From Tubiluchus corallicola (lineage: Eukaryota > Animalia > Priapulida): a stretch of DNA of 43,498 nucleotides. Below the pieces are notes generated by a model, which ran no database searches, was not told the origin of the DNA, and saw nothing but the letters and a program-made list of their open reading frames with translations. A program made the position numbers and the translations under genes. This document shows positions 12,510 to 25,605 of this stretch, one piece after another; the stretch's first letter is position 1, and every line of letters starts with the position of its first letter. The DNA lies in contig JAQGDQ010001382.1 in assembly GCA_030141605.1 (NCBI GenBank), positions 1 through 43,498 on the forward strand, given 5' to 3'.

Positions 12510-13040
12510 CAGGGCCAGATAAAGGTGTGTTGGTGCCCTATCTGGTACCCCGACTCTTTCGCTCTCGTTTGCCTCATGTCACCCAGTTTCGCACTTTTAA
12601 ACTCACGTATTATGTGATTCAAATTATACGAGATTATATGTAAACAAACTCCATTGCTCTATATAAGATTTGTACCACTTAAAATGTTTATTGGCTTGAA
12701 AATGAAATTTTAAATAAATAAAACAGCTACAAAAAAGAAGGAATGATGCCCACCAGCTGCAAAATAGTAGCCATCTATAATACCAAAGGACACTACTGCT
12801 TAGTAAAACTGAACGTTCAGAGCAACCCAATAGCCTAATACTAACTTATATGAACATATCAGTAACATTTTTCACTAACACAATGGCTAATGCTGCTACA
12901 AATTTTTAAATTTGAATTTTATGCTACTATACCTTATTAAAATCTTTTCTGCTTTAAATTTGTTTTTGCCACCTTGGTGTCTCCTGAGCCTGGGTGCCTT
13001 AAGAATGCATTTAGTATGCTTACGCCTTAATCTGCCCCTG
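12510..13040. mobile_element. MITE with about 19-bp TIRs (probably hAT-derived)
   Basis: Left end CAGGGCCAGATAAAGGTGT; right end reverse complement CAGGGGCAGATTAAGGCGT. Flanks tacctgac / gacctgcg are a degenerate 8-bp or a 3-bp GAC TSD. Confidence 0.75.
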
Positions 13041-14145
13041 GACCTGCGGATTGCGAGTCAAAAAGTGACAAGTTGCGATCTCGCTGAAACGAAATGCATT
13101 TCCTAGGTGAACAAGCAAACCAAATTCAACAAAAGCTAACCATGATCTTGAAACATAGAACAAGGTCAACAAACATTTTCCATTTTATAGTATAAGTACT
13201 GCACAGCAAACGTGTACTCATGTTACGGATTCACTTGTAATTCTAATCTTATTGCACTCTTGAGTTTATGAACTGTTTAATTAATAAATAAATAAATTAC
13301 TCACGAAATTTACTCACTGTTCAGTTAACGTGAAGAGACAATTGTTTAATGCTTACTGAACTACTTTTTATTGTATGTTCACTTGGAGACATTTTTATTC
13401 TTACAATCTTAGCAAACTCAAGGTTGCATTATTATAATACATCAACACGGAAGCTGTTTAACTTTTCATATGATACGAGCGCAAGATATATTTCTACTAG
13501 ACTTAATATTACTTATTTTGATGTTATTCACAGAAAATGTGCATACAGTTTGTATGTCAGGCTGAATAAGAGTGAAAATTTTATATGCAAGAACATTATA
13601 AACAGTGATGCAAACTTTACTTCTGTAATTAGATGTCATTGGCGTAGTTTGTTATATCGTTAATTGTTATTTGTGTTATTGTTGTGTGTCATGATTTATT
13701 GTATTAATTTGTGATGTGTTTATGAACTTTGCGAAGTTTGAAATAAAATATTAAACCTAAAAATCTAATTATTAGTTTTCTTGGATATTTAAGTTTGAAA
13801 GCTACAATACGCGCATCATCTCAAAAATGCAAACACTTAACAATTTATTATTATCTGAAAAAGTAATAATGAAATTGTTTGGCATGAAAAGATAGAACAC
13901 GACATTATTCTTGAATTCTTATTTGGCAAAATATAATTATTTCATCGTTAAATTACTTAAGTTGATTTAATTTATTGGGTATGACAATTATACAGTTACA
14001 GCAGACAACAGTATAATACTCAACATTGGAACTAGAGATTACTAAACGCAAAGAAACAAAAAACATCGATACATAACTCAGTAATTATATGTGAAGTATA
14101 GCATCTTGATCAAGTTATCTTAATTTGCATACGCGTATCCCTATC

Positions 14146-14510
14146 ATTTTAACAAATAATAGTCTTTTTATCTTTATATCATCTCATATATAAATTTCAT
14201 TTATCATATCATTCACTTCTGAAGCACTAAATGGTTTCATTGTCACACGATTCACTTCAAATTTCCAGTTTATTTTTGCTACTTTTATTTCTTTCGCAGT
14301 GTGGGACAATCTAACAAGACCTGCTTTTTGATTGCCCGCAACTCACTCACATTCATATACAGGCAATATAGTGTGAGGATTGTCTTGTGCAGAAGCAGTA
14401 AAGACTTATTTTGTATTACGTTCATTGTAGGCCCTTTCACCATATATTATACACAAAACTATTGTAAATGTATAATGTGAAATAAATGACTATGACTATG
14501 ACTATGAAAT
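14146..14510 (+). mobile_element. Dispersed repeat, probable LINE/SINE 3' end with (GACTAT)n tail
   Basis: Homologous to 17491-17845; ends AATAAAT followed by (GACTAT)3. Confidence 0.6.
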
Positions 14511-14614
14511 AAATGATTTATGACCCATACATGCATTGATATATAAATAACATTTGCACATTAATTATCACTGATTCGATGGGGTGCTTAGGGCATATCA
14601 TCCCCCCGGTCTTC

Positions 14615-14706
14615 TACTCCCAGGGAATGACATTGTTGCCAATCTCTGAGAAGCGGGGATTACTCCCAGGGAATGACATTGTTGCCAGTCTCTGAGAAGC
14701 GGGGAT
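14615..14706. repeat. 46-bp tandem duplication
   Basis: TACTCCCAGGGAATGACATTGTTGCCA(A/G)TCTCTGAGAAGCGGGGAT twice. Confidence 0.9.
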
Positions 14707-15348
14707 TTTTTTCTGTTTATGATGACGGTCAGTTTCGATCTCAAGTGTAGAAGAACTTATACCGAATTTTGAGAAGGCAATTTTAGCTATTCAACATGGG
14801 ATTTCTGCTTTTCAAAGATAATTTTCCATCCAATTTAAAATTTACTATAGATTCCTAATATGTATTCTTCGTAATTTGCGCAGATTTTGGTTCAACATTT
14901 CAATTCATACAAATTTTCCAAATTTATCTGTCTGCATGTAGAAGACGTTTTTACATTTAAAGTTCCCAGATTATCTGAAAAATTATCTCCGCGTCAGATT
15001 AGCATCAATATCATTTTTTCCAGAAAATATTCGTTGTACTGTATTTAAAGAATACTCTGTTAATGAATAAAAGTTAATTAGTGCTAATAACAACATTTTT
15101 TATGATAAACATAAAAATGCCAGGAATTTATTTATTGAAATGTATTACATTTAATATTTCAAAAACTGCACGTATCTATGTGAGCCTAATGTTGGTTATG
15201 TTGTAGAAGTCAAATAAACTGATTTGAAGAATCCAACATTCATGCTTTTGTTAATTGTCACTGGAGGCCAGGGCCTCACAGTATTTGTAGCCCAGGGGCT
15301 TGCAAAATCAAAATGCGGCCCTGTTTATGAGCTTACAATTCGGCTAGT

Positions 15349-15424
<76 letters not shown>

Positions 15425-15476
15425 TAACAATAACAATAACAATAACAATAACAATAACAATAACAATAACAATAAC

Positions 15477-15549
<73 letters not shown>

Positions 15550-15636
15550 GTAATAGTAATAGTAATAGTAATAGTAATAGTAATAGTAATAGTAATAGTA
15601 ATAGTAATAGTAATAGTAATAGTAATAGTAATAGTA

Positions 15637-15723
<87 letters not shown>

Positions 15724-15907
15724 GTAATAATAACAACAACAACAACAACAACAACAATAATAATAATAATAATAATAACAATAACAATAACAATAACAAT
15801 AACAATAACAATAACAATAACAATAACAATAACAATAACAATAACAATAACAATAACAATAACAATAACAATAACAATAACAATAACAATAATAATAATA
15901 ATAATAA
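15349..15907. repeat. Compound (AAT)n/(AATAAC)n/(AATAGT)n/(AAC)n microsatellite
   Basis: Direct reading. Confidence 0.98.
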
Positions 15908-16746
15908 GTTTGTTTATCATCATTACAACAAAAAGGTTGAATTATAGTATAGCTTAAAATTACAAAATATAAATTTTTTTTAAAAATAATAAGCAAGGTA
16001 GAACATACAGCGACAAGCACCAAAACACTGTTACAAGACACATGATGGAAATAAATTAAAATTGAAATGAGTCAAAACTTAAGCCATATGGATTGGAAAC
16101 TAAATAAGTTTGGAAACTAAATAAGCCATATGGGATAAGATTGTCCTTGAATCTCTCTGTTCTGCACCTAGGTAAGGGGTATTTCAAATGGTGTAGAATA
16201 CGATATCTATGAGTATGGGCACCTGGTGGATTTGATTATTAGGATTTTGAATTGATAAGAACAACTTTTAGCAAGAATTTTGGCTACGGTTAAATCAAGT
16301 GTCATATTTGCTATGTTTAGCACGCGAGTCTACAGACAGGTCTACGTACGACCTATTAGTCCCGATACTTAATCAATTACGGCAAGTAATTGAACACCGT
16401 AATTAGTGTTTCAGTATAATCAGCAGTGACTTTACACAATAAGGCATTATTCTCTAAAAGGGAAAGTGACACAGCCACTTGAGAAAAATTACTGTTACCT
16501 GCATTTAGAATTTCGGCTGATTACCTGCGTGAATTCATGGCCATGAAACTAATTTCAAATGATTATTGTACAAATTGCTTATTATCGGCTGCACAGTTAC
16601 CGAGTTTGACAACACGCGGTGCTTCTAAATTATAAACTGGATTCTAATGCATCGATTAATGTGGATCTTGGTTTCGTTGCTTGTTTGTTGATCTGCATAT
16701 TTATTTTATGTTTATTTGTTCATGGGGGGGAGGGTGTGACTGAGCT

Positions 16747-16812
<66 letters not shown>

Positions 16813-16858
16813 GAGAGAGAGTGAGAGTGAGAGAGAGTGAGAGAGAGAGAGAGAGACA

Positions 16859-16889
<31 letters not shown>

Positions 16890-16897
16890 TCAGAGAG

Positions 16898-16957
<60 letters not shown>

Positions 16958-16978
16958 TGAGAGAGAGAAAGAGAGAAG
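16747..16978. repeat. (GA)n tract
   Basis: Direct reading. Confidence 0.95.
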
Positions 16979-17102
16979 AACCCGTGGAATTTCCAATTGA
17001 TCTTCTAGGAAAATTTTCCCACTTTGTCCTTGAATGACTTAACATCTATTTTTACGAAATACTAAGCAGATCTAATAAGCAGGTCTATGAATGGTTCTTA
17101 AC

Positions 17103-17290
17103 TTTTTATTCAAATGCAAATATTTCGGCACACATTACGAAAGCCCTCATCAACGTAATTAAGACAAACTGTAATTATTAAGACTCTGGAATTTAAAAAT
17201 TATAATTTCAAAGTTCTAAATTATAGTTTGCATTAGTTGCTGATGAGGGTCCCAATAGCGGACGCCAAAATATTTGAATTTGAATATAAA
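17103..17290. mobile_element. Inverted pair of decayed hammerhead-ribozyme motifs, probable Penelope-like element footprint
   Basis: Plus arm CTGATGAG-GG..CC-AAAATATTTG (17240-17276); minus arm TTGATGAG-GGC..GCC-GAAATATTTG followed by AATAAA (17153-17105). Confidence 0.6.
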
Positions 17291-17490
17291 CCCTTCATTA
17301 ACTACATTTGCCAATCTACAAAAAATAGCAAATCCGTCACTAGAATTTAAAACATCATTTTTTTGACTAAATACCATTAGGCATCAAAGTTTCTATCAGT
17401 ATCCATTCTCTCAATAGTGGTAAAACAGTCCAGGTATTTTAACTCTGTTATTTTAATTTGTGTGCGCGCATGCGTAATATTACGACAAAT

Positions 17491-17845
17491 ATTTTAACGA
17501 ATAATAGTCTTTCTGTCTTTTATATCATCTTATGTATGAGTTTCACTCATTAAATCATTCCACTCTGAAGCACTAAATGTTTTCATTATCACCTGATTCA
17601 CTTCATAATTTTCAGTTTATTTTCATTACTTTTTTTACTTTCATACTGTGGGACAATCTATCAAGCCCTACATTTTGACAGCCCGCAACACATTTACATT
17701 TATATATAGGCAAACATAGTGTGAGGGGTTTTTTTTGTATAGAAACAGTAAAGAATTATTTATATTATACTCGTTGTAGGCACTTTCACTATATTATGTA
17801 CACAAAATTTAGTAAAATGCGCCATGTAAAATAAATACTAATTAC
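17491..17845 (+). mobile_element. Second copy of the 14146-14510 repeat
   Basis: Collinear similarity throughout, e.g. CTGAAGCACTAAATG, TGTGGGACAATCTA, ATAGTGTGAGG. Confidence 0.75.
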
Positions 17846-18195
17846 TTATGTCTTACAACTTATTCAAATTTGCTTAAATAATTTTGCCTATCGTTTTGTT
17901 GTGTATCCAGGCGCGACAGTTACAATGTAATAAGTTTTAGCGCAGTTATTATAACACAAAATTTTCATAATAGTTGAACTGTAGCTGTAATTTCTTTTCC
18001 AGAAATTGAAATTTTAGTTTCGCGAAATTTAGAGAACAGTAATAGGATGAACGCAGCAGGGCAAATTTCACTAATTCGAGAGCTAATGAAGCACAAATTA
18101 CAACTAAATAGTTCTGGCAACACTGAAGAAATTTGTAATTGTTAATTATCGTTCGTCAAAGGAAAAAGAATTAATGTCTCCTTAATGTTTTTAAC

Positions 18196-18197
<2 letters not shown>

Positions 18198-18252
<55 letters not shown>

Positions 18253-18576
18253 GGGGGGAGAGAGAGGGAAAGAAGAGAGAGAGAGTAGTGAGTGAGTGAG
18301 AGAGGGAGAAAGCGAAGGCAAAAGACAAAGAGAGAGAGAAAAGATAAAGAGAGCGAGAGGGAAAGAGAGAGAGAGAGAGAGCTCTAAAGAGGAAAAAGGG
18401 TAAATAAATAAATCGTTTATTTTACATTATGTTTATATAACGTAAATCTCTCTAATTGCAGGATAATCTGACAAAAATTAAATCACATCAGTATAAAACT
18501 TCACAAACAATGTCAAAAACGTACCACATCTGAAGTGTGAGGTAAGGTTAGTAAATTGAGAGTGAAGTTTTGTGTA

Positions 18577-18660
<84 letters not shown>

Positions 18661-18756
18661 GGGGGAGACAGAGGGGGGAAGAGAGATAGGGAGAGAGAGA
18701 GAGAGAGAGAGAGAGGAAAAGAGAGAAAGAGAGAAAGAGAGAGAGAGTGAGAGAGG

Positions 18757-18822
<66 letters not shown>
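18198..18822. repeat. Two imperfect (GA)n tracts (18198-18382, 18584-18822)
   Basis: Direct reading. Confidence 0.95.
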
Positions 18823-18823
<1 letters not shown>

Positions 18824-19272
18824 TTTTCATTGGTACTTGAAAATAATTAAAAAGCGCGTCCACAGATCTGATTTCATTAACACACATACAAGTACTCAAA
18901 CCTACTCACTGAACAGGGGCGCCACAAGTTTTATACAAGAAATAATCATTAAATTTTGAGCTTTTGCCTGACAATAGTCGACTTACAAACAGGACAATTT
19001 TTATTGCACATTTTATAGTTGTGGGTCTTTCTTGCAAACAGACAAAATTAAGATGTTAATTTGTTACATTTTGTCAAGTAACTGGGACATTACCTATTAT
19101 ATTGTGTGATAATTTCTCCTTTCAAGAAAGTAAATATTTTCTCCTAGACCTAGTTGAACGTGCTAATTTAATGCTTGCGAATTAAACTTACATTGTAGTG
19201 AAAAATGAAACTTAGCTTTGATGACGCAACAGGCAAAAAATGTAAACATTTTAAAGGTCGTTTAGGATAGAA

Positions 19273-19338
19273 TATAAAAGGAAACGAAACGACAGTGACA
19301 GTGATACACTTCGCAAACGATTTGGTTAATCTGTTAAG
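19273..19338 (+). promoter_or_regulatory. TATA box and probable non-coding exon 1 of the mucin-like gene
   Basis: TATAAAAG at 19273-19280, Inr-like CAGT near 19299-19302, donor AAG|GTAAGA at 19339. Confidence 0.7.
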
Positions 19339-19498
19339 GTAAGAACTTCTGAAAAACGTTTTTAGCTAGCCATGAAGTTCTGTTGTATCTTTTTTTAGTA
19401 TATATATATATATATACTAAGTGTATATATATATATATATATGCACTTATTTATTTATTAATACCATAGGTCACAAGTACTATAGTATACTGTAGTAT

Positions 19499-20011
19499 AA
19501 AAATAGACTTATTGATATACATATATATATATATATATATATATCAATATGTATCTTTGTATATTTGTATCTATGTATATATTTTTTGATTTATTTATCA
19601 TATAGGTATATCAATAAGCATATTTTTGTATATATATATGTATTTATAGTTGCCATTTATAATATATAAATTTTAATATTATAGCTGCCATTTATATAAT
19701 ATAATATATATAATATATATATAGAGTACACTGTGTGTAGTAACAGAAACACTAGAAAAAACACATATATACAGTTGTTTTTCTAGTGTCTTTGTTACTA
19801 TATTATGGACTCGTATCTTATAGATCAGCACACCAGTGGTGTTCTCTAATAGTATTTCCTAATAATATATGCATACATATATATTATATAGAAATATAAT
19901 CGAAATATATATATATACAAAATTTAACAAATTTTTGTATACAATATATACAAATTTGTCCCCATTTACAGGTCACAAAGGAATGTTTATTGATCTCTAA
20001 AAATAGGCTGT

Positions 20012-20109
<98 letters not shown>

Positions 20110-20762
20110 TTTTCAGTTTAATTGTTACTATTAACGTATTATACCGATTTAATTTTTGATTCGACGCAACTAATGATTGATTGACGCAGCTAATTTTCGT
20201 ACGAAATCTTTTTGTCTAATCTTATTTTCGTTGGACATTAATTAATGTTGTCTGAACCGTCGATGGAAAAATCTTTTGTGGTTTCATATTAGGCAAATTA
20301 GTGCCATTTTTGACAATATAACTCCTTATCTGACTGGCTTCTCGTCAGTGAAAGATGGCTTCAATTTTTGCTAACAGCCTATTTTTAGAGATCAATAAAC
20401 ATTCTTTTGTGACCTGTAAATGGGGACTTATTAATTCCCTTGTTTTCGTTGTTTAAAATCTTTTAAATTTTGTATATATATATATTTCTATTATATTTCT
20501 ATATAATATATATATGTATACATATATTATTAGAAAATACTATTAGAAAATGCCACTGGTGTGCTGATCTATAAGATACGAGTCCGTAATATAGTAACAA
20601 AGACACTAGAAAAACAACTGTATATATATGGTGTTTTTTCTAGTGTTTTTGTTACTACACATAGTGCACTATATATATATATATATAAGTGGCGGCTATA
20701 ACATATATTATATAAGTGGCGGCTGTAATATTATAATTTATATATTATAAATGGCAGCTATA

Positions 20763-20842
<80 letters not shown>

Positions 20843-20950
20843 AAAAAATATGCTTATTGATATACCTATATGATAAATAAATAAATAAATAAATATACAT
20901 AGATACAAGTATACAAAGAACATATATATGTATATCAATAAGTCTATTTT
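19499..20950. mobile_element. Foldback-like long inverted repeat with (TG)n in the spacer
   Basis: 19499-20012 is the reverse complement of about 20372-20950 (e.g. CCCATTTACAGGTCACAAA / TTTGTGACCTGTAAATGGG). (TG)n at 20015-20106. Confidence 0.88.
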
Positions 20951-21088
20951 TTGCTGTTTGTAATTTGCTGTGTATAATTTTTGGACGTGATAGGTCCTCA
21001 AATATAGTTTTCATTGCCATGTCTGTTCCCATAATTTTGTAGCGGATGATTTTGTTTACAGGATAAACTAGGTTACATTCAAAGCACT

Positions 21089-21125
21089 ATGAATTTAGGA
21101 ATCTTGCTGTCTGTCTGTTTAGTAG
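21089..21125 (+). CDS. Mucin-like gene exon 2: start codon and most of the signal peptide (MNLGILLSVCLV)
   Basis: Acceptor tttgtttacag| (exon from 21062), ATG 21089, perfect donor TAG|GTAAGT (21126). Phase 1 matches the 23367 acceptor, giving MNLGILLSVCLVATRTAVSA. Confidence 0.85.
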
Positions 21126-21714
21126 GTAAGTAAATTTCAAGCAATTGTTAATATGAAAAAGTTTTAATTTTATGGTTCTTTATCCAACTGGCAAAAGTGG
21201 GTTGTTATGTTTGATAAACTAAGTGAAATGCTTCCGACTGAAAACCTTAATATAGCTGCCTTAGGAACTAATGATCTGTTGAAGTTGTTATTATTTGGAA
21301 AAGATGAATTTAACTATGTTGCTAACTGTAAAATATTCCAATGCATACATTACTTTTTATTACGTACTAAACGCTTCCAGTAATTTCTATCTGATATGAA
21401 ATGCATCAGTCTTAAATATTCGTACATTAATATTTTCTAACCGTCATTTTCTACTAATGTCTAATGTAATCTTGTAGTAAAACTTGTCAGCTTGTGTAGT
21501 TATAGTCTATTCTTATTGTAAATGTTTTTGTAAATAGTGTATAAAGACTGTTGTGGTGAGGATCCAATCCTATAATAAATTATGTTTAAACTAAAAGTGG
21601 GCCAAGAGCATCTCTTTGAAGCAAACCACAACTAACTCCATTTGTCATCTAAAGCAGAGCTTTAACCCCCCAGTTAGCTAACGCAATGTATGACCATGTC
21701 TGATACTGAATGAC

Positions 21715-22295
21715 CTTCTTCTTCTTCTTCTTCTTCTTCTTCTTCTTCTTCTTCTTCTTCTTCTTCTTCTTCCCAGCTTTTCCCTACGCGAGGTCGCCGT
21801 TGTGAATGAGTATTCTCCACGCATTCCTGTTGTTGACCATCTCTTCATTTATGTTCTTCTCTCTAAGGTCTCCATTAATACATTCAATCCATCTCCGCTT
21901 GGGTCGTCCTCTTCTTCTATATTCCCACTTCCATTTCCATAACCTCCCTTCCCACATGATCTTCACTGACTCTTCTTTTCAGGTGTCCATACCATCGCAG
22001 TCTTGCGAGGCTTCCACTACTTTTACTTTTCCTCTGATATTATTATTTCTAATTTTATCTCTTCTTGTAATTCCCACCATCCATCTCAACATCCTCATCT
22101 CCACCACACCCATTTTCTTCTCTTCGGTCTTCTTTAGAGAAGCTGCTTCCAGCCCATAGATTAGAGCGGGTCTGACCACTTCTTTGTGGACTTTAAACTC
22201 ATTCATAGAAGGTTTTGGCGCAGTTTTTACAGGCCGGTGCCCTTCCTGACCCTAACCCTCCCTATTTATCCAGGCTTGGGACCGGCACTGAGTTG
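21715..22295 (-). mobile_element. Internally deleted RTE (Expander/Rex3-like) element with (GAA)n tail
   Basis: Frameshifted VVRPALIYGLE..EMRMLRWMVGITRRDKIRN..ARLRWYGH..RRRGRPKRRW..NRNAWRILIHNGDLA*, then GGAAAAGCTGG(GAA)n. 22205-22295 resembles the RTE 5' head (plus strand GCCGGTGCCCTTCCTGACCCTAACCCTCCCTATTTATCCAGGCTTGGGACCGGCAC). Confidence 0.9.
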
Positions 22296-23366
22296 GGCTC
22301 GTTTGAGTTTTAAAGGACAAGAAAAGGGGTACTTAAAGTAGGTTTCAGAAAAATCGCCTTAAAAAATTATATTATTTTACAGCAATTTATGCACATGTCG
22401 TACGCGCATTGGAAGGATTTTTCGTCTGTTTTCATTTTAAATCTCCCGCAATATTGCTCCGATGGCGCCTTTACTGACGTCACTACGCCAAGTAAATCAG
22501 GGGAAGAAAAGGAAATGTTAAAATATGATCTAAAAAAACTTCCCGTGTAAATCTATAATTGTACTCGCTGTTTTTCATTGTGTATAATGTGTGTGTAAAT
22601 TTTTGTTACTAGGTATTGAAATATGTTCGTTACCTTTTATTATGTATGTATGTAGCGTTGGATTATAATTTGTAACTATGTCTATTGTATATGATCGTTG
22701 TCGTTCAACCTGTCTCATGCGTTGGATTCTAAATTATATATATATTTATGAATAGGTTTAATGCGTTGTAAATGCTTTTTAGAAATTTTAAACACAAGTA
22801 GAGGGAACGTTTTGAAAGTTAGTTATGAAGTTGAACACTTGTAGAAAACAACTGAACACTATATTACATGTTTGCACAAAAACTGAAACCGTTTATTACA
22901 CTACATAGATATATGTAACATGACTGCTAAACTACACACTGAGGACCAGAGTGTCCTGCACTGATCACTAAGATTTAGACAGTGGCTAGCAGTGAAATCT
23001 AGCCAGTTTATATAGGTAGAGAACTATGCAAAAACTTGGCTTCACATATCCTATTACAGTAAAAATAGGGGAGATCCAGTGAGTTTGCATATTCACTGGA
23101 CCGAACAATTGTACTAAGGGTGAGTTTAACTAGTAAAATGTTAAAGTGACTAATCAATAGATGGCAGCACCTAAAATATACAGTTACAACTTTCACAAAT
23201 GTATTTTGTACATAGTTTTTAAAAATAAAGAATTATAATAAAATAAGAATTGGCATCAATCTATCATGTACTGACATTGCATAACTCAAATGAAACTATT
23301 TGCTCAATCATCTGCATAAATCTGATTACATTAAATCCTTGTTTACTGATTTGCTATTTTTTGCAG

Positions 23367-25605
23367 CTACGAGAACAGCAGTGTCAGCAAAAGCGATTAT
23401 GACAACGGCAGCAACCACGCCAGCAACAACAACAGTGGATTCAGGATTAACAACAATGCCAGTAGCAGTAACAACAGAAACAACAGAAGAAGCAACAGAA
23501 GCAATGACAACAGAAACTGCAACAGCAACAACTGCTGCAGAATCAACAACAGTAACAACAGAAGCAACAACAAGAGCAGCATCGGCAACATCAGAGGCTC
23601 AAACAACAGGAGAAGCAACAGAAGCAATGACAACAGAAACTGCAACAGCAACAACAGCATCAGCAACATCAGAGGCTCAAACAACAGAAGAAGCAACAGA
23701 AGCAATGACAACAGAAGAAGCAACAACAGCAGCATCGGCAACATCAGAGGCTCAAACAACAGAGGAAGCAACAGAAGCAATGACAACAGAAACTGCAACA
23801 GCAACAACAGCATCAGCAACATCAGAGGCTCAAACAACAGAAGAAGCAACAGAAGCAATGACAACAGAAACTGCAACAGCAACAACAGCAGCATCGGCAA
23901 CATCAGAGGCTCAAACAACAGGAGAAGCAACAGAAGCAATGACAACAGAAACTGCAACAGCAACAACGGCATCAGCAACATCAGAGGCTCAAACAACAGA
24001 AGAAGCAACGGAAGCAATGACAACAGAAACTGCAACAGCAACAACGGCATCAGCAACATCAGATGCTCAAACAACAGAAGAAGCAACAGAAGCAATGACA
24101 ACAGAAACTGCAACAGCATCAGCAACATCAGAGGCTGAAACAACAGAAGAAGCAACGGAAGCAATGACAACAGAAACTGCAAGAGCAACAACAGCATCAG
24201 CAACATCAGAGGCTCAAACAACAGAAGAAGCAACAACAGCAGCATCGGCAACATCAGAGGTTCAAACAACAGAAGAAGCAACAACAGCAGCATCGGCAAC
24301 ATCAGAGGCTCAAACAACAGAGGAAGCAACAGAAGCAATGACAACAGAAACTGCAACAGCAACAACAGCATCAGCAACATCAGAGGCTCAAACAACAGAA
24401 GAAGCAACAGAAGCAACGACAACAGAAGAAGCAACAACAGCAGCATCGGCAACATCAGAGGTTCAAACAACAGAAGAAGCAACAACAGCAGCATCGGCAA
24501 CATCAGAGGCTCAAACAACAGAAGAAGCAACAGACGCAATGACAACAGAAACTGCAACAGCAACAACAGCAATAACTGCAGCAGAATCAACAACAATAAC
24601 AACAGAAGAAGCAACAACAGCAGCATCGGCAACATCAGAGGCTGAAACAACAGAAGAAGCAACGACAACAGAAACTGCAACAGCAACAACGGCATCAGCA
24701 ACATCAGATGCTCAAACAACAGAAGAAGCAACAGAAGCAATGACAACAGAAACTGCAACAGCAACAACAGCAGCATCGGCAACATCAGAGGCTCAAACAA
24801 CAGAGGAAGCAACAGAAGCAATGACAACAGAAACAACAACAGCATCAGCAACACCAGAGGCTGAAACAACAAAAGAAGCAACAGAAGCAATGACAACAGA
24901 AACTGCAACAGCAACAACAGCAGCATCAGCAACATCAGAGGCTCAAACAACAGAAGTAATGACAACAGAAACTGCAACAGCAACAACTGCAGCAAAAACA
25001 ACAACAATAACAACAGAAGAAGCAACATCAGCAGCAACGGCAACATCAGAGGCTGAAACAACAGAAGAAGCAACAGAAGCAATGACAACAGAAACTGCAA
25101 CAGCAGCAACAGCAATAACTGCAGCAGAATCAACAACAATAACAACAGAAGCAACAACAACAGCAACTTCGACAACATCAGAGGCTCAAACAGTATCAAC
25201 AACAGCAACAACAGAAGCAACAACAACAACAGCAGCATCGACAACATCAGAGGCTGAAACAGCAACACCAGTAACAACAACAGAAGCAACAACAACAGCA
25301 GCATTGACAAGATCAGAAACTCAAACAGTAACACCAGTAACAACAACGGTATCAACGACAGCAACAACAGAAGCAACAACAACAGCAGCATCGACAACAT
25401 CAGAGGCTCAAACAGTAACACCAGTAACAACAACAGCATCAACAACAGCAACAACAGAAGCAACAACAACAGCAGCATCGACAACATCAGAGGCTCAAAC
25501 AGTAACACCAGTAACAACAACAGTATCAACAACAGCAACAACTCCAACTCCAACTACAAGTAGGCCACTAACACGGTTACAAAGAAGACTGCGATTTTGG
25601 AGTAG
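23367..25605 (+). CDS. Mucin-like gene exon 3: about 746-codon Thr/Ala/Glu/Ser tandem-repeat domain
   Basis: Acceptor tattttttgcag| (phase 1), uninterrupted 2.2-kb frame with in-frame length variation of TTEEATEAMTTETATATTASATSEAQ units, donor AG|GTTAGT at 25606 (phase 2). Confidence 0.92.

Noticed and set aside
15333-16041. Poly-I/L/Y ORFs (likewise 3693-4226, 16619-16996, 18513-18959, 37099-38351, 41365-42176)
   Set aside because: Microsatellite translations.
23400-25550. Antifreeze glycoprotein identity
   Set aside because: Lacks a regular (Thr-Ala-Ala)n period and is rich in Glu.
23397-25553. 718-aa Leu-rich minus-strand ORF
   Set aside because: By-product of the almost exclusive ACA/GCA/GAA/TCA codon use on the sense strand.
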